DNA of 63,997 nt, filler included, from Jimgerdemannia flammicorona (taxonomy: Eukaryota), in the NCBI GenBank assembly GCA_003990765.1. It is 3 parts of 3 records of this genome, joined end to end, with 100 filler letters (N's around TTAATTAATTAA, not from the genome) between each part and the next. Parts side by side here need not be neighbours in the genome. Positions count along the whole stretch, not along the records: positions 21,546 to 42,987 come from RBNJ01001453.1; positions 43,088 to 63,997 come from RBNJ01001569.1; 1 more part is not named here. The stretch is one strand, 5' to 3'. The first letter of the stretch is position 1. Every line of letters begins with the position of its first letter. Shown one piece after another: positions 37,801 to 51,264 of this stretch. The notes below the pieces were generated by a model. The model searched no databases. It saw only the letters and a list, made by a program, of their open reading frames with translations, and had not been told where the DNA came from. The position numbers and the translations under genes are program-made.

Positions 37801-40800
37801 GGCCATATATCCTGTCTTTCAGTAATAGAAGCATGCTCTACTTCTTCGAAGTTCATTTCTTTCACCTTTGGTGAGATTCTTGAAGGTACTCAGCTGGGTG
37901 GGTTTATGATTTCTGGGTATCCATGAGGTGGATGTGGAGGGAGCTTGAGATGCCTCATGCTTGGGCTCTTCTTTCTTAGTCCAAGTCTTTTCCTTGTTGT
38001 TGAATTGTCTTCAGAGCAGAATTGGTCCAGCTGTTAGAATTCACTTGACTATAGTCTTGATTCTTACTAGGTACCATTGTTGGTGATCACAACTGACTGA
38101 GCAGCCTTGTTCATGGATTTTTCTTATAAGCCATTCAGGCAGTGTTCAAATAAATGGTCTGCTCTTATACTATTTCATACTTCATCATTGGTGATATATC
38201 CTAGACCAACAGTATTCAGGAGTGACTCAAGTTTTGTACAGAAGGTTTCAAATTCTTCTTTGCCATATACATCAAATTTGAGGTTGTGGAGTTTTACTCG
38301 AGATTCAGCAATTATGGTTTTGCTGCAGTATTGAGCAGTCATAAGTTGTTTGAGTCCAGGGGCTGCAGGATGGGCTCTATATCCTGTGGCATTGTTTGCT
38401 GCATTCTGTGCAACTACTGTAGGTCAGGTGTCCTATGTGAGGGGCTTTTCAGGAAGGGTTCACCACTATTCTTCAGCAGGACCTCAGAAGAATATAATAA
38501 CTCAGCAGACATAGGCTGTAGTGGTAGCAAAGAGTTGTTCCAGAGTGTGGTCTTGATTGTTTGTCAGAATGCAGTCAGCAACTCACTCATTGGTCTATTG
38601 ATTGGCTTCAAAGTTGGTGTCAACTACACTAATGAAGCTTTGGACTTCTTGTGCAGTATCATTGAAGGTAGGTAGGCTCAGATTTTTGGTAGATCAGATC
38701 TGTTCGGCTAGAGCAGTAATGGTTGCTGCCATTATTGCTACTTGGGCTATGAGGTCTAGAATCTGTTGGTTTGTCATATTGTTTACTGGAGGCAGTTGGA
38801 CTGCTGGTAGTGGTGTTACTGGTACTACTTGAGGTACTGGTGCAGAGTGCGATGGGGTTCTTTGAGTCTGTGTAAGTTGCTGGAGTAGTAGTTGTGAGTC
38901 TGGAGTAAGGGTTTGATAGATAGCTGTTTGTTGCTGTGTAGGTATATTCTGTCCTGATGGAGGTGCTTCTCCTTTGCTGGTATATCTGGGATTGAATTCA
39001 CTGAGATACTCCTTCTCTTCTTCAGTTTGGTCCCCATGTAATTGAGTTTGCTCAGTGTCAAAGTAAACAGAATCAGTTGTATATCTGATTTTGGATGGAC
39101 TTAATTCAAAGTCCAGTTCAGGTTCAGTGTTGGTTTCAGATTTAGATAGGGCTATAGCAGGGTCTGCTTCAGGTTCAGGATCAGGTAGTTGATGAAGGGT
39201 TTCTCTTGCTTCTTCTTTAAGAATATGATAGGCCTTGCTGTTCTGGAATTAGTAATATAATGCGGTCTTGGTCCTGGTGTAGTGAAAGTCAGTAGAGTTG
39301 AGCCACTTGGCTATAGAGGCTTGGACTTCATAAGGAACTAAGGCTAGAAAGACTGCTGCTAGTTGTGCTAGATTGCTCGGATTTGTAGAGCTGACAAAAC
39401 TCTTATTGAGAAGAGTAAAGAAGACTTCTATAAGATCTTCTTTATCTTAACTTGCTGGGTGTAGAGCAAGGAGTTTGGTGAATAGGGTTTCACCTATTTG
39501 CTGATTTAACTGGAGTATTTCTTTCTTCGAATAAAGTTTGTCCCACTTGTTGCAGGTGTGGAGGTCAAATTGTCCTTATACGTCAGGTTCAATTCTCTCC
39601 AGATTGTCAGATAGTTTAGGATAAATTCTAGTTCAGAGGTTGGGCTTTATTCCAACTTGTAGAAATTTGCAGAGGGGTTTATAGTAGGGTGAGGAAGTGT
39701 CTTGAAGTGGAATTAGATTGTGAACCACTACTACTAAGTTGTAAGAGGGTTGCTTTTTAGGGTAATCATTATGTAGTTCTGGAAGGGTTTTCTGGAAGTT
39801 CTGGATATTCTGGAAGACTGTTTTCTTATAGTCAAGATCAATTTCATATAGAGTACATCCTCTATGCTTATTGATTTCAAGTTTGGATTGATGTCTCAAC
39901 CAAAGTCCTTTTTTGGACTAGTTCTGGATATTCAGGATTTTCTGTATTTTAGGAAGTTCAAGAAACTAAGACCAGCTTAGTTGAATTGGCATATTGCTGC
40001 AGACAATACTCAATTAGGAAATTTTGTGATGGGGTTAGGAGTGGAACCTAATAGGGAGCAAATTTACTTAAGAGTAGTTTGTGGGTTATTAAATAGGTTT
40101 ATTTGCTATTCATGATATTACTATACTAGGAGTAGTTGTGTAAAGAGATATTGTGGGGAAGTGCTCAGGAGTTGTATTCGGATTGTTCAAGTCTGAGATT
40201 CTGAGATCTGGGGGAGAGAGTATTTATACTAGTGAGGGGCTATCTGGACTATACTAAATATAGATATAGCACTAAGTACCTTGCTGAGTCAGAATGCAGT
40301 CATGTAGTACAAGAGTGATCTGATATGTCAAGAGATCATCTGACTGCTGAGTCAGTTTACAGTCATGTCGTACAAGACTAATCTAACTATACTATGACTG
40401 CTAAGCTATTTATAGGTTTAGACACTGTCTGGGTAGTCTTCAATGACATCACTATGATGACATCATTGCTGGCAAAGTCTGAGCAGTTTTCTGACTTCTG
40501 ACATCATTAGTTTCAAGGTATTATCATTTCTATCTCTTACAAGATTAAGGCTGTTCTTGGTGGTAGTGGTTGCACAAGGATAACAGATCTTAGTTCTCTT
40601 TTTTTTTGATCTGCTGGTGCATTTGCAAGGACTGGCCATTCTCATCTAGGACAAGGGCTCCCAATGTCATGGCTGGGAGTTCGAATCTCTCAGAAATGAT
40701 ATTTTCTATAATCCGAGGCAATTTCTATTAGTAATATCTGTCACGTGGATGGCTTGAGATTGGTTTCGATGTTGTTGGCTTTTTTGAGTTCAGATGAAGC

Positions 40801-41222
40801 ATCCATCACTCTTCAATGGAAGTAATACAGATAGAGTAAACAGAGTTGTTCAAATGTATTTTGCTTTTGCTAAATAATGAGGTCTTATATAGTCACAGTG
40901 TATCTTGGTCTTGAGTTAATAAGTGTAGTTCATGAATCTTTGGATAGATGAGATAGGATTCTTTTTGTCTCAATTTGAGTTTGGTACTTTTGGTTTCCTT
41001 TTGTAATAGTATAGTATACTAAACTAGTTATAGTAGTTCTGAGTCAGTCTTATAGTTATAGTACTTCTTCTAGTATTCTTGTATCTTAGCAGTGGATTCT
41101 CATGCTTGCTGGCATATTTTGTGTAACCAGATGATCTCTTGTTTTGTAGTCTCACATATAGTTTCCAAATTAGTTCTGAGGATGCCATATGATTTTAGTG
41201 GCTTAGAGGTTGTGTACTTACA
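34870..41222 (-). mobile_element. Internally deleted (non-autonomous) sister chromovirus: extended Gag, dUTPase and PR retained, RT-RH-IN lost
   Basis: 1483-bp LTRs at 39740-41222 and 34870-36352, TSD CTCTC/CCCTC, PPT at ~36354-36366, PR ORF 36804-37046. Jumps from the start of RT to a chromodomain remnant near 36515. Confidence 0.93.
37308..37707 (-). pseudogene. dut: dUTPase domain, second copy
   Basis: Reverse-complement homologue of 27706-28110 (GGVIDEDY; TQGSKEFGSS). Confidence 0.85.
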
Positions 41223-41603
41223 CCCTCACTAGTATAAATACCTCCTTCTCCAGATCTCAGAATCTCAGACTTAAATAATCTGAACACAACTTCTGAGTAT
41301 ATTCCTTTATACAACTATTCCTAATATAGCAATATTATGAATAGCAAATAAATCTATTTAATAACCCACAAACTACTTTTAAGTAAATCTACTCCTATTA
41401 GATCTCACTCCTAACCATGTTATGAAATTTCCTAATTGGATATTGTCTGCAGTGATACACCAATCCAACTAAGCTGGTCTTAGTTTCTTGAACTTCCAAA
41501 AATATGGAAAATCTTGAACATCTAGAACTAGTCCAAAAAAGGACTTTGGTTGAGATGTCAACCAAATCTAGAAATCAATAAGCATAGAGGATATACTCTA
41601 TAC
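41223..41603 (+). repeat. Older host LTR, fragment 3
   Basis: Resumes at CCCTCACTAGTATAAATA and is colinear with the LTR to ~25128, then is interrupted by the SINE-like element. Confidence 0.85.
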
Positions 41604-42987
41604 AGCTCCTTTCTCTGCTACCTTACTGGTTACAAGGTTTGGTAGACAACCTTCCAAGTTCCCTTTCTCCTATTATACCCCCTCTACCTCAGGTTGGTTT
41701 GCTGTGCCTATATAAGTATGGTGGGAGGAGAATAATGATAATGAGTTGCCCCTTTATCAGTATCAGATCAGTGTCTTCTCCACTTTTTCATGGTTTCTGG
41801 TATCTTTGGCTACATCTGGAGTACATCTGTTTTGGTGCAGCACCTTCTTCCTTTTGTCATCGTCCATAAGGTGCTGTCTTGATATATCTCAGGCTACATA
41901 GGAAGTTGGCTGACCTTGGGCATCAAGTGCTCAGTATAGGTTACCTATAGGTCCTCGGTGTCTGTGGTGGGGCCCTCTGGCTTTGGCAAGCTTCTCGATG
42001 AGCACAGTTCTGGTGTAGGTGACTGTTTTTTGGGTATTGTTGAGATGAGAGGGGAGATGGCTGTCACAGATAGGAGGATGGGCAATTATGGTGAACCAGT
42101 GGGGTACCAGACTGGAGGCAGTCATCAAGACTGGGGCAGATAATATTTTGGTGGGGCCTTTTGATTGGCTGGTGGGGGGTGGGGTAGTGCAGGAGCCAGT
42201 ATCCTGGTTGTACTCAACTGGAACCAGAAGCTGACATAGTAATGTGATCAAGGCCCACAGGCTTGGGGAGTGGGGTCTTCCTCATTTGACAGTACCCAAC
42301 TGGAACCAGGAGCTGATATGGCAACATGATCAAGGCCCACAGGCTCAAGGAGTGGAAGTGGGATCTCTTCAGGCCCTAGCCTATATATAAGTCCTTTGAG
42401 GAAGGTGTTGTATATCCTTTTAACTGTTTTGCACCTATATTTAGAGGCAAGATTTTAAAAGTTTATAACTTTTAAAATCATAATAGCTTTTAAAAAAAAA
42501 TTTACCAATAATTTTTTATATAATAATTCTACCTTTGGTAAAAATTTTACAAAAAAAAAAAATTTTGTTTTTAAATAAATTGAGATATATTTTTAACAGA
42601 AAAACAATGTTTCAAAAAATCATTTTTTTCAAACTTTAATTTGTCTGCTAAGTAATTTTAAAAGATGATCTTATCTACAGACAAAGGGATAAGTCCTTTA
42701 CTTATCTGCTTTGAATCTACTTTGCTCTATATTGGTTGATTGGGGGGTTTTTTCTTTGCCTCGGGCTTTCTTTTGGGGTTTGGGGGGCTATTCTTTATTC
42801 AGTTCTAGTGCTGCTAGATCTGATGCATAGGTGTGCTCTCGCATGTAAATGATGATCTAGCTCTAGTGAGCAGACAAGTCTAGTCTATGTCATGGGGGTC
42901 AACATAGCCAGTGTTTGACAGGCATAGCTGGAGTGGTGGGACTGCTGAACAATTTAGTAACCTAGATTAATGGGGGAATATTATTCA
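41604..42987 (+). mobile_element. SINE-like non-LTR element, copy 2, with a ~275-bp AT-rich insertion at ~42415-42689
   Basis: Colinear with 1962-3070 and begins at the same 5' sequence AG(C)TCCTTTCTCTGCTACC. The insert is bounded by TCCTTT...AAAGGGA. Confidence 0.8.
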
Positions 42988-43087
42988 NNNNNNNNNNNNN
43001 NNNNNNNNNNNNNNNNNNNNNNNNNNNNNNNTTAATTAATTAANNNNNNNNNNNNNNNNNNNNNNNNNNNNNNNNNNNNNNNNNNNN
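42988..43087. other. Assembly gap with artificial TTAATTAATTAA linker
   Basis: 44 N + TTAATTAATTAA + 44 N. Confidence 0.98.
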
Positions 43088-46000
43088 CCCCCCTATTCTT
43101 TCATGCTTGAAAACCACCTTGTCTCCCATAACTCCAACCCTCCCCCACTCTGTCTGCATATCTTCTCTACCAAATAACACCACTGACCACCCTATAGTCC
43201 TCACCCAAGCCACTAGTCCATCAGAGTATCCTCCATCAGATCTTCTCATCACAACAGCTGTACCTCTAAGCCTAGATATCTCTTATCCTCAAACATATAC
43301 AGCCAATGTCCTGCCAGCCCTACCCATATAGTTAGCACCCATCCTAAAGTAAGCTATTCTCTCTCAATCCCTCCTACCAATCTATCTCACAGATCCTCCC
43401 ACTGATCTCTCACACCATCACCTCTCTGCACAATACCCAACCTCTTCCCAACTACTATCCAGAAGTCACTGAGCACCTCACACTCTCCTAGCCAATGTTT
43501 AGGCATCTGTATAAAACCCCCTTCCTGTCCAACATTATAGTACTCCTCACAGTCAAAGGTTCTCCCTTCCACCAGATGACCAGAGCAAAAGTTGAGCATG
43601 ACATTCCTCCTCAATATGCACTACCAGACAGTGGCAGCCACTGCCAAACCTCAGTGCTCCAACTCCAGATCCTATTCCAGTTCCACTCTTCACCAATACC
43701 CACCAACTGCTATCTGCTGGGCTACAGATCCTGCCCCAACCCCCACTGGTAGTCAACTCTATCACTAATATCAAAGTCACCAAGGGGGACACCCTCCAGC
43801 AGCACTCAGTCTCATCTCTACATTACTTGGCCCTAAGGTCTTTCTCCCTCATCACCCTGCCAACAAATGTTGATATAGTGGGCCCCATTAGCGACTCCCC
43901 ATCAGAAGCCCTTAAACCACATGTGTCTATTGTTCTGCAGTCCAATTAAGGACAGAAGATCTCCCATAGATCCTCTTGGTGAGGACCTCATCTCCCAGAC
44001 CTTCTTCAATAGAGGAATCCAGCTGCCACCCCCCAGCTCAATAGCTCTCTTCAGCCACCATGCTCTCAGGCAGAGTAATCTCTTCAGAAAGTCAACCAAT
44101 TCAAGTCCCCCTCTAGTTACTGGTAATGAAAAAATTTCCCAGATAATCTGACTCCTCCTCCCTGCCCAGATCCACTCCTTAGCCAGTTTCAGCAGTCTCT
44201 TCACCACCCAGGCCAGGAAGTCCAGGTAATACGCCAGATACCACAGCTTTGGCAGTCAGTAAGTATTCAAGATGGAAACACACCCTGCCAGAGACAAGTA
44301 GCAGCCTCCCCAGCTTTGCAGGGCCTCCCCCCAGATAACTACCTGCTACTCCCATCAGAGTTTTGGGAGAATGGACCCATATACTGACAGATAGATATCC
44401 AAGTACCTCACTATCTCACCAGTAGGAATAATCATTCCAATGACCTCCCCCCCTATCAGGCCATTATCCAGTACCATTGTTTCACACTTATGCCAATTGA
44501 GTTTAGCCCCAGAGTGCACCTCATACCACTCTACATTCTCCTTGAACTCCTCAACATCAGTAATTGAACTACTATATCATCTGCAAAAGCAACTTTCCAC
44601 TCAATGCTATAAACTAAAAGCTCTCCTATCTGCTGAATCTTGTCCATTAAGGGCTCAGAGAGAGTACATACAAAATGGGGGACAGCAGGTCCCCCTGGGG
44701 AACACCTCTACCCAGAGGAAAAGTCACCCCTTGATGCCCATTATACATGAGTGCAGCCCTGCTCCCTTCCAGTAGGCTGACCATTGCTGCTTGGAACTGA
44801 TGAGAGACTCCAATTCTGTCTATTATCTTTGTCAACCAGACCCTCCAGACATGGTCATATGCCTTCTTCTGATCCAAGAAGACCAGGTTCCCATCCAATC
44901 CACAGGCCTATGCCCCTTCAATTATACTATATACCCAAGCTGTGCTATCCTGAATGAGTTAGCCCTCAACAAAACCTCACTATTCTATCCCCAAGACCTG
45001 CTGGGCCATCTTCTGCAGCCTCACCACTACTATCTTAGTAATCAACTTCCTGTCCATGTTCAGTAGCATGATCAGCCTCTAGTTCCTCCAGTCCTCCCTC
45101 CTACTCTTGTTCTTATACAGCAGTGCCACTAGCCCCAGATCCTGCTCCCCTATCTATCTCCCAGACTATAGTACCAAGTCACAGAGCACCCTCAGCTCTC
45201 TCAGTACACTGGGAACATCCACCATCTTCTTCCAGAAATCCCAGGGCAGGCTATCCTCACCTGGTGCTGTACCTAGTATAGTTGTGGCAAGAACCTGATG
45301 AATCTCCTCCTCCTGCACTGATATTACCAGATTGCTCAGCCCTACTGCCTGGTGGGTGCCAATCCTCCAAGATAAGGCCAATGGTAACATTGTCTACCCC
45401 ACCCTCCTCCTCACTTCACAAGCCACTCCACTGTTCCTTCAGTGACCTGAGAATGTCTTGTATACTATACACCAATATCCCCTCAGAATCAAGAACTCCC
45501 TCCCATTGCTGCTGAACCCTCCTTACCTGAAGGGCTCTTATGAGAAACTTAGAGGACCTTTCTCCTTCCTCCAGCCCCTGCCAATGTGATATACTATCAT
45601 ACTCTGCACCTCCTCCTTCTGCAATACCTGTTGCAACTCCACAACCTCCTTTTTCATCCATAGCAATCTCCAATCCTCTAACCCCTCCAGGGCCACCAAG
45701 CTCACCCAATCTTCCAACAATCTCATCAATATAGCAGAGGCCCACAACCTCTTCTTCCTCCTCTATCTCCCAGCTACTGCACCCACCTCCCTTCAATAGA
45801 TCCTAGCAGCCTCCTTTGGCCTCATCTATCTAACACCAACTGAGGCACCTTTCTATATCCACTCCTCCACCCTCTGCCAAATATCCTCAGCTCACTTGTC
45901 CCACAGTACCTTATTGTTTACCAGGGAGGAGTTGAGGCACCAATGTCCAGGTCCATCTCCACTCTCCCCAAAATGGCCCTGTTCCAGCAGTCTCCAATGA

Positions 46001-48720
46001 TCAGACCACAGATATTATTTCACCTCCAGAGACCCCCAAACATCCAGACCCCAGCAGTCCACTGTCAAAATCCAGTCAATCCTCATCCCCAGACCACTTG
46101 TCCAGTGTGTATACATCCTTCTGTCACCCCATAGCTCCCTGCTAGCATCCACCAAAGCACTCAGCCTCTCTACTTTCTTCCATGCCTCCAAACCACCACT
46201 CCTTCCCTCTGTCCCCTGCCCTTCATTAGTTCTATTCAACAGTACATCCCTGATCATATTAAAGTCCTGCCAAGCATATCCACTCCAGTCTCTGCCAGTG
46301 CCCCTTCCTTCTGGAGACCCTTTACCTACTCTACATACTTGCTCCTTACTGCAGGACAGTAGCAGGATCCAACCATAACTGGTTCCCAACTAGTGTGAAT
46401 CCACTTATCTCAAACCAGCCTGTCTCCTCAGTTCTGCACATTCCATATCTCCCCTCTACCCTTTCTGACCAGAATCCCAACCTTGTTCTTCCAAACTGCC
46501 TCTCCTTCCTATTTCTTTATCTATTCTAGTTTATCTAAGTCATCCTTGCACCAGACATCCTGCAAAAGAAAGGGATTGGCCTCTAATCCCTTCAGCTAAG
46601 CAAAATGTTCCATCGACAAAATGAACCCTGAAGCCTATTCACATTTAAAGAAAAAATATTAGTTGTACTATTTATAAGAAATAATATACATATAATAGTA
46701 ATCATATCCTCTACTGCTCCATGTTCCTCTCATTCTGAGCCAGGTCCAAATCATACTTCACAGCTTTCTCCTTCTCTTCAGTCCTCTTAGCCTCTAATCC
46801 AGCCAGAAGTTCCTTAAGCTCCCCATCCTCCTTCTCCTTGAATTCATCACAATACTCCAGGTAGGCCTCTTGCCAGAGCTGCAACCCATGCTGCTCCACC
46901 CAACAGAAAGCAGCCCTTTTACTAGCAACAACTGTCAGCCTGGCCTCTCTCTCCTAATCAACCTCATATCCTTTCTTCTCCAGGAAAATTGCAAGAATCT
47001 CTGCCTTCAGTACCTCCACTACTCTCTTGTCATACAGAACATGTACCCAATACTCATCACTCATCACTCACGGATCCACCTCCCCCAGCTCCTCTACCAC
47101 AAAGTTGTTCATCATCTTGCATATCCATAGCAGATTTCTCACCTCCTTCCCTCCAGGGGTCACTGGCCACCCTCCATCCAGCATTGAGATATTAGCTTCT
47201 ATACTCACAGCCTCATTCCATACCTCTACCACCTATTCTCCCTTTTCTACCTCAGGAACTCCAAAGTATACTCTCTAGACTCCCCATATGGGCACATTCT
47301 CTGCCACCCTACCCCTTGAAGCTAGACCTTGTTTAATAATAGCATAGGGGTTAGAGATAACTTCCAGACCTCAAAGATACCATCTACATAAGGATCATTA
47401 CCCTTCACCTCCTCTCTCCCTCCTTACTCCTTCTCTATATTCTCTTTATCCTTGCTGACCCAGATGCTCTCCTTGGCTCTCTCTATGATTTCAATATCAC
47501 TAGCATCTGTCTTCATCCTGTTTTCCAGTTTCGCCAACAGCTCTCTCTGCCTCTTGCATCTTTGGGATCTTTCCCACCACTTCTTATCAACTTAAATCCT
47601 CTTTCCATCCACTACTTCCAAATGCATTGACTTGATGAACACCTTCTAAGCCTTAGCCCTCTACTCTACAGTACTGCTCAGCTCTTCCAGTACCTCTAGC
47701 AGACCCTCTTCCTCCTCCTCACTCATCTTCACCCTTGTCATCTTACACAAGAAAGTCCCCTAGACCATCACTGAAGGCCAGTCCCTAGCTTTTCTAGTAG
47801 CTTCCTTTCCTATCAACTGAATTTGAATATCAATATCCCCAGTCCTAAATAAGGTCCCCTCTCAGACCTAGAACCCAATATTGACTACCTCACCATACTC
47901 AGCCATGACCTCTACAACTCTCCTCCTTATTTCCTCAGTCATCACTGTGTGCACCCCCTTCACCAGCAATTGCACCACTCTGAGGTCCCACCTTAGGCAG
48001 TATACCATTGGAACACACACCTCTCCAACTATCAATCCTATCTTCAATACCTCCTCCAATGGTCCAGCCTTCTTGAAGCTCACCTCTACTTCTTCTAGTC
48101 TCTTCAGGAACTTCATAGATACCACTCTAGCCATCTGCTTAGCAATCAGCCCCAGGACTATTTTCACTGTCACTGCTAAGCTCTGGAAGCACAAGGTGAC
48201 TGTGAACTCTGAGATCGACTTCTTGAGTAATGGCACCACTGCCAGTCCTGTTATATCATCTGCCAAATCACTAGACCTCATATCTTTCTCACTACTCAGT
48301 CCACCATCAGCCATCCTATCTAGATTTTTTTCCTGATTGCCTGTTATGCTCCCATTAGTAGTTAGCTCCTCAGCCCCTACATGACTAGCCCCACTACTCT
48401 GGCCCACTAGAGAGACTCTCCCTTGAGGCCACTACTCTGTAGTCTTTACTGTCTCCTTGCCTCTCCTAAGCCAGCTCTCTAGCCCAGCTCTCTGCTGACT
48501 CTCCTTCATCTTATCTGCAAAGCTTGCCCTCTCTGTCCCCTGACCTCCAGCACTGCCCTCTCCCCTACCACACCCTCCCACTAGTAGGCCCCTTATGCTT
48601 TCCCTCAAGTCAGAGCTCCTCTCTATATACTGCCAGTTGAATATACCTAGGCCACCCTGTCCAGTATGTACCTCAGAATACTTATTGATTGCCATAATAC
48701 TAGTAGCTTTTCTCCAGAAA
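43088..48720 (-). mobile_element. Degenerate L1/Tx1-clade LINE (ORF1, APE endonuclease, RT)
   Basis: APE motifs SLNVN, QDFNMIRD, RIDWIL, SDH. RT motifs APGEDSLP, FLDQKKAYDHV, GVPQGDLLSPILY, AFADD. Tx1-like LPVTRGGLEL. ORF1 remnants at 46711-48695. Boundaries approximate. Confidence 0.88.
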
Positions 48721-48779
48721 CTACATTGAAAGTATTGCCAAAAGGTTGTGTAACCTGAATGTTATCAGAGAAAGATGTG

Positions 48780-49500
48780 TCTTATATAATACTTAATATT
48801 TACTAATTTAAAACTTAATTTTATTAATCTTATATATTTTTACTTTTAATATTTATTATATATTTATATAAATTAATATATATTATTTCTGATTATTATA
48901 TAGATTATCTTAATTAATATATCTTAGTATAGCTAAATTGATCTATAATATATAAATTAATTATTAAAATAAAATAAAATAAAATTAAAAATTAACAGAT
49001 AAATTTTACAATATTAAAATATAATTAAACTATTATAATTATTTATTAAAACTAACTTAAAAATGTTATAAATAATAATTAAAGTTTAGTTTTTATTTTT
49101 ATATTAATATGTAAATATTATTAAGTAAGTTATAGAAAAAGAATAATATATATTATTAAAATTAAGTTTAGATATTATAAATTTTATATTAATATAAAAA
49201 TAAATTTATAAATATTTTATCTAGAATAACTTAATAATATTATAATTAATTGTTATATTAATATATTAATATAATATAATTAAATTATAATTTCTTTTAT
49301 TAGTTTCTAATATTTATATTTTATTTATTGTATTTTTTATAATAAACAATATTAGCTTAAAAAATTAAATTAAAATATTTTGATAATATAATTGAGTTAG
49401 AGTATACTTTAATTATTTTAAACTAAAGCTCAAAAGATCTCAATTCAAATCAATTAATTTGAATTAACTAATACTAAACAAAAATATTTCAAAATATATC
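48780..49500. other. Extremely AT-rich tract, probable end-stage decayed transposon
   Basis: Almost no C/G and no ORFs; adjacent to decayed TEs. Confidence 0.6.
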
Positions 49501-49615
49501 CCAGAAGTCTCACAATGTTAAATATCGTAATTTATGGTCATAATTTCAAGTCCAACATCACACTTTGACTAGTGTCTTGGCCATCTTTAATACAGTAGGT
49601 GGTCCACTGGAACAC

Positions 49616-50877
49616 ACGGATATTGTGGTGAACTCTGCTAACTATCTCACGGCGTATGTGTAGGATGAGGCGGTATGTCCTCGTGGTGGATAATTCGAAT
49701 AGCTTGAAGTTCAAGGGTGGGTATTTACAATATGGTCGCCTTCTCTTTGATAATTGCCCATTTACACTATATTCTAACCATCTTGGACACGATTACTCCC
49801 TCGCCGTCAGATTGGAGAGTCTCTTCCTCCTGTAGCAAGACTCGTGTTATCTGCCTTAGGTAAGGAAGAATTAGTTTCTGCGTTCAAGCGCGACAAACAC
49901 GTCACATGCATCATCTTAGGGGTCCGCAGGTATTTACGAGCAGGACTCCATCATGAATCCGCGAATGCTGGCACCTCGACCGCGCCATGTTCGACCAGTT
50001 CATATGCGACTGGTGGGGAGAGTGGACCTTGAATGGGGTCAGGGAATTATATGAAGGCATCACCTTCCAGTCTGCGGAGAAGAGCAACGATGGAAGGTGG
50101 GTCGTGACGGTACAAAAGGCAGGATCAAAAGGCGGTCATTGCGATTGGTTGGTCGATGCATCGGGAAGGAGGGCCTGCATTGCCCGAAAGGTGAGAAATG
50201 ACGATACCATTCAGAATGAAACTCATTCCCCTTGAAAATCCGTGTAACTTTCAAAGTCTTCTCACACAACCAGGAAGGATGCCAACCTGTGAAGCACGAC
50301 CAATTATTGTCTTTCTACGCTGTCTTCGATTCACCATCCCTCGACCACCCCACCGACCTTGACAACCCCACTCTCATTGAAGCACGCGAGGACGGCTGAT
50401 GGTATACCCTCCCTCCTCCCTGATCACCACCACGTGGTAGCCTTTCATACGGACGCCAATGCTCCAGCCGCAAAGCAGGCGCGACGACACGATGGGTTCC
50501 TGGAACTGCTGCACGAGTAGACCACGCATCTCCGGGAGATACCAATATGTCATCGCGGACCGCGTGGCTTTTCCGCAGTATACGGCCGCACTGGGGCGAG
50601 ACTGGAACGGTTTTTCTACACAGAGACAAAATGTGTTGCAGTTGGAGATAGTGCCCTGGCGTTCGATCCACTGTCATCACAGGGGATGATCATGGCCTTG
50701 AAGAACGCGGCAATACTGGGACACGTGATTTGCGGCAATAATGCATCGGGATTTTCAGAGTATGGCGGTTATTTGGAAATGGTATGGGAAAAGTATGTCA
50801 GGGGAAAACATTTTTATTATAGTAAGGAACGTCGATGGCCACAGAGGATGTTCTGGAAGGCGCGACGTCAAGGTTGA
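49616..50877 (+). pseudogene. LodB/GoxB-like FAD-dependent oxidoreductase (tryptophan-halogenase-like fold), intron-containing pseudogene
   Basis: Motifs in order: IGESLPP, WHLDRAMFDQ, VDASGRRA, TLIEAREDG*WYT, VAVGDSALAFDPLSSQGM, YYSKERRWPQRMFWKARR. GxGxxG is missing; stops and frameshifts present. Intron acceptor at 49810, donor at 50191. Confidence 0.8.
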
Positions 50878-51264
50878 TCAGTACATCTTGGATAATTTCA
50901 TGTATATACGCATATTCTTTTTTTGTCCAAATATAAGTGTAGAACATATCTGCGCGTTCTAGAATGACCTTTCTAGTCAAACCGCGACCCATTAACACCG
51001 GTTGGGTCTCCTTGACCCTGATCTGGAACATCTCTAGCAACAAAAGAAGATGTTGCGTGATTCGTATAATTTTTTTTTTTTTTTTTTTTTTAATACATAA
51101 TACTCCAGTTCTACTGTCAGTATCATTTGCAATATCAAACCTTTTGCATCGCCATTCTCCCAGACAGTGTAATCAATACACTAAATCATCTACCATGTCT
51201 TCACCTGTTCTTCAAGCTTGGAGTCCATATCACCAATCTAAAAATGTTTCGGATATCACTGTCA

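Noticed and set aside
43107..48336. Numerous plus-strand Pro/Ser-rich ORFs
   Set aside because: Antisense shadows of the G-rich minus-strand LINE.
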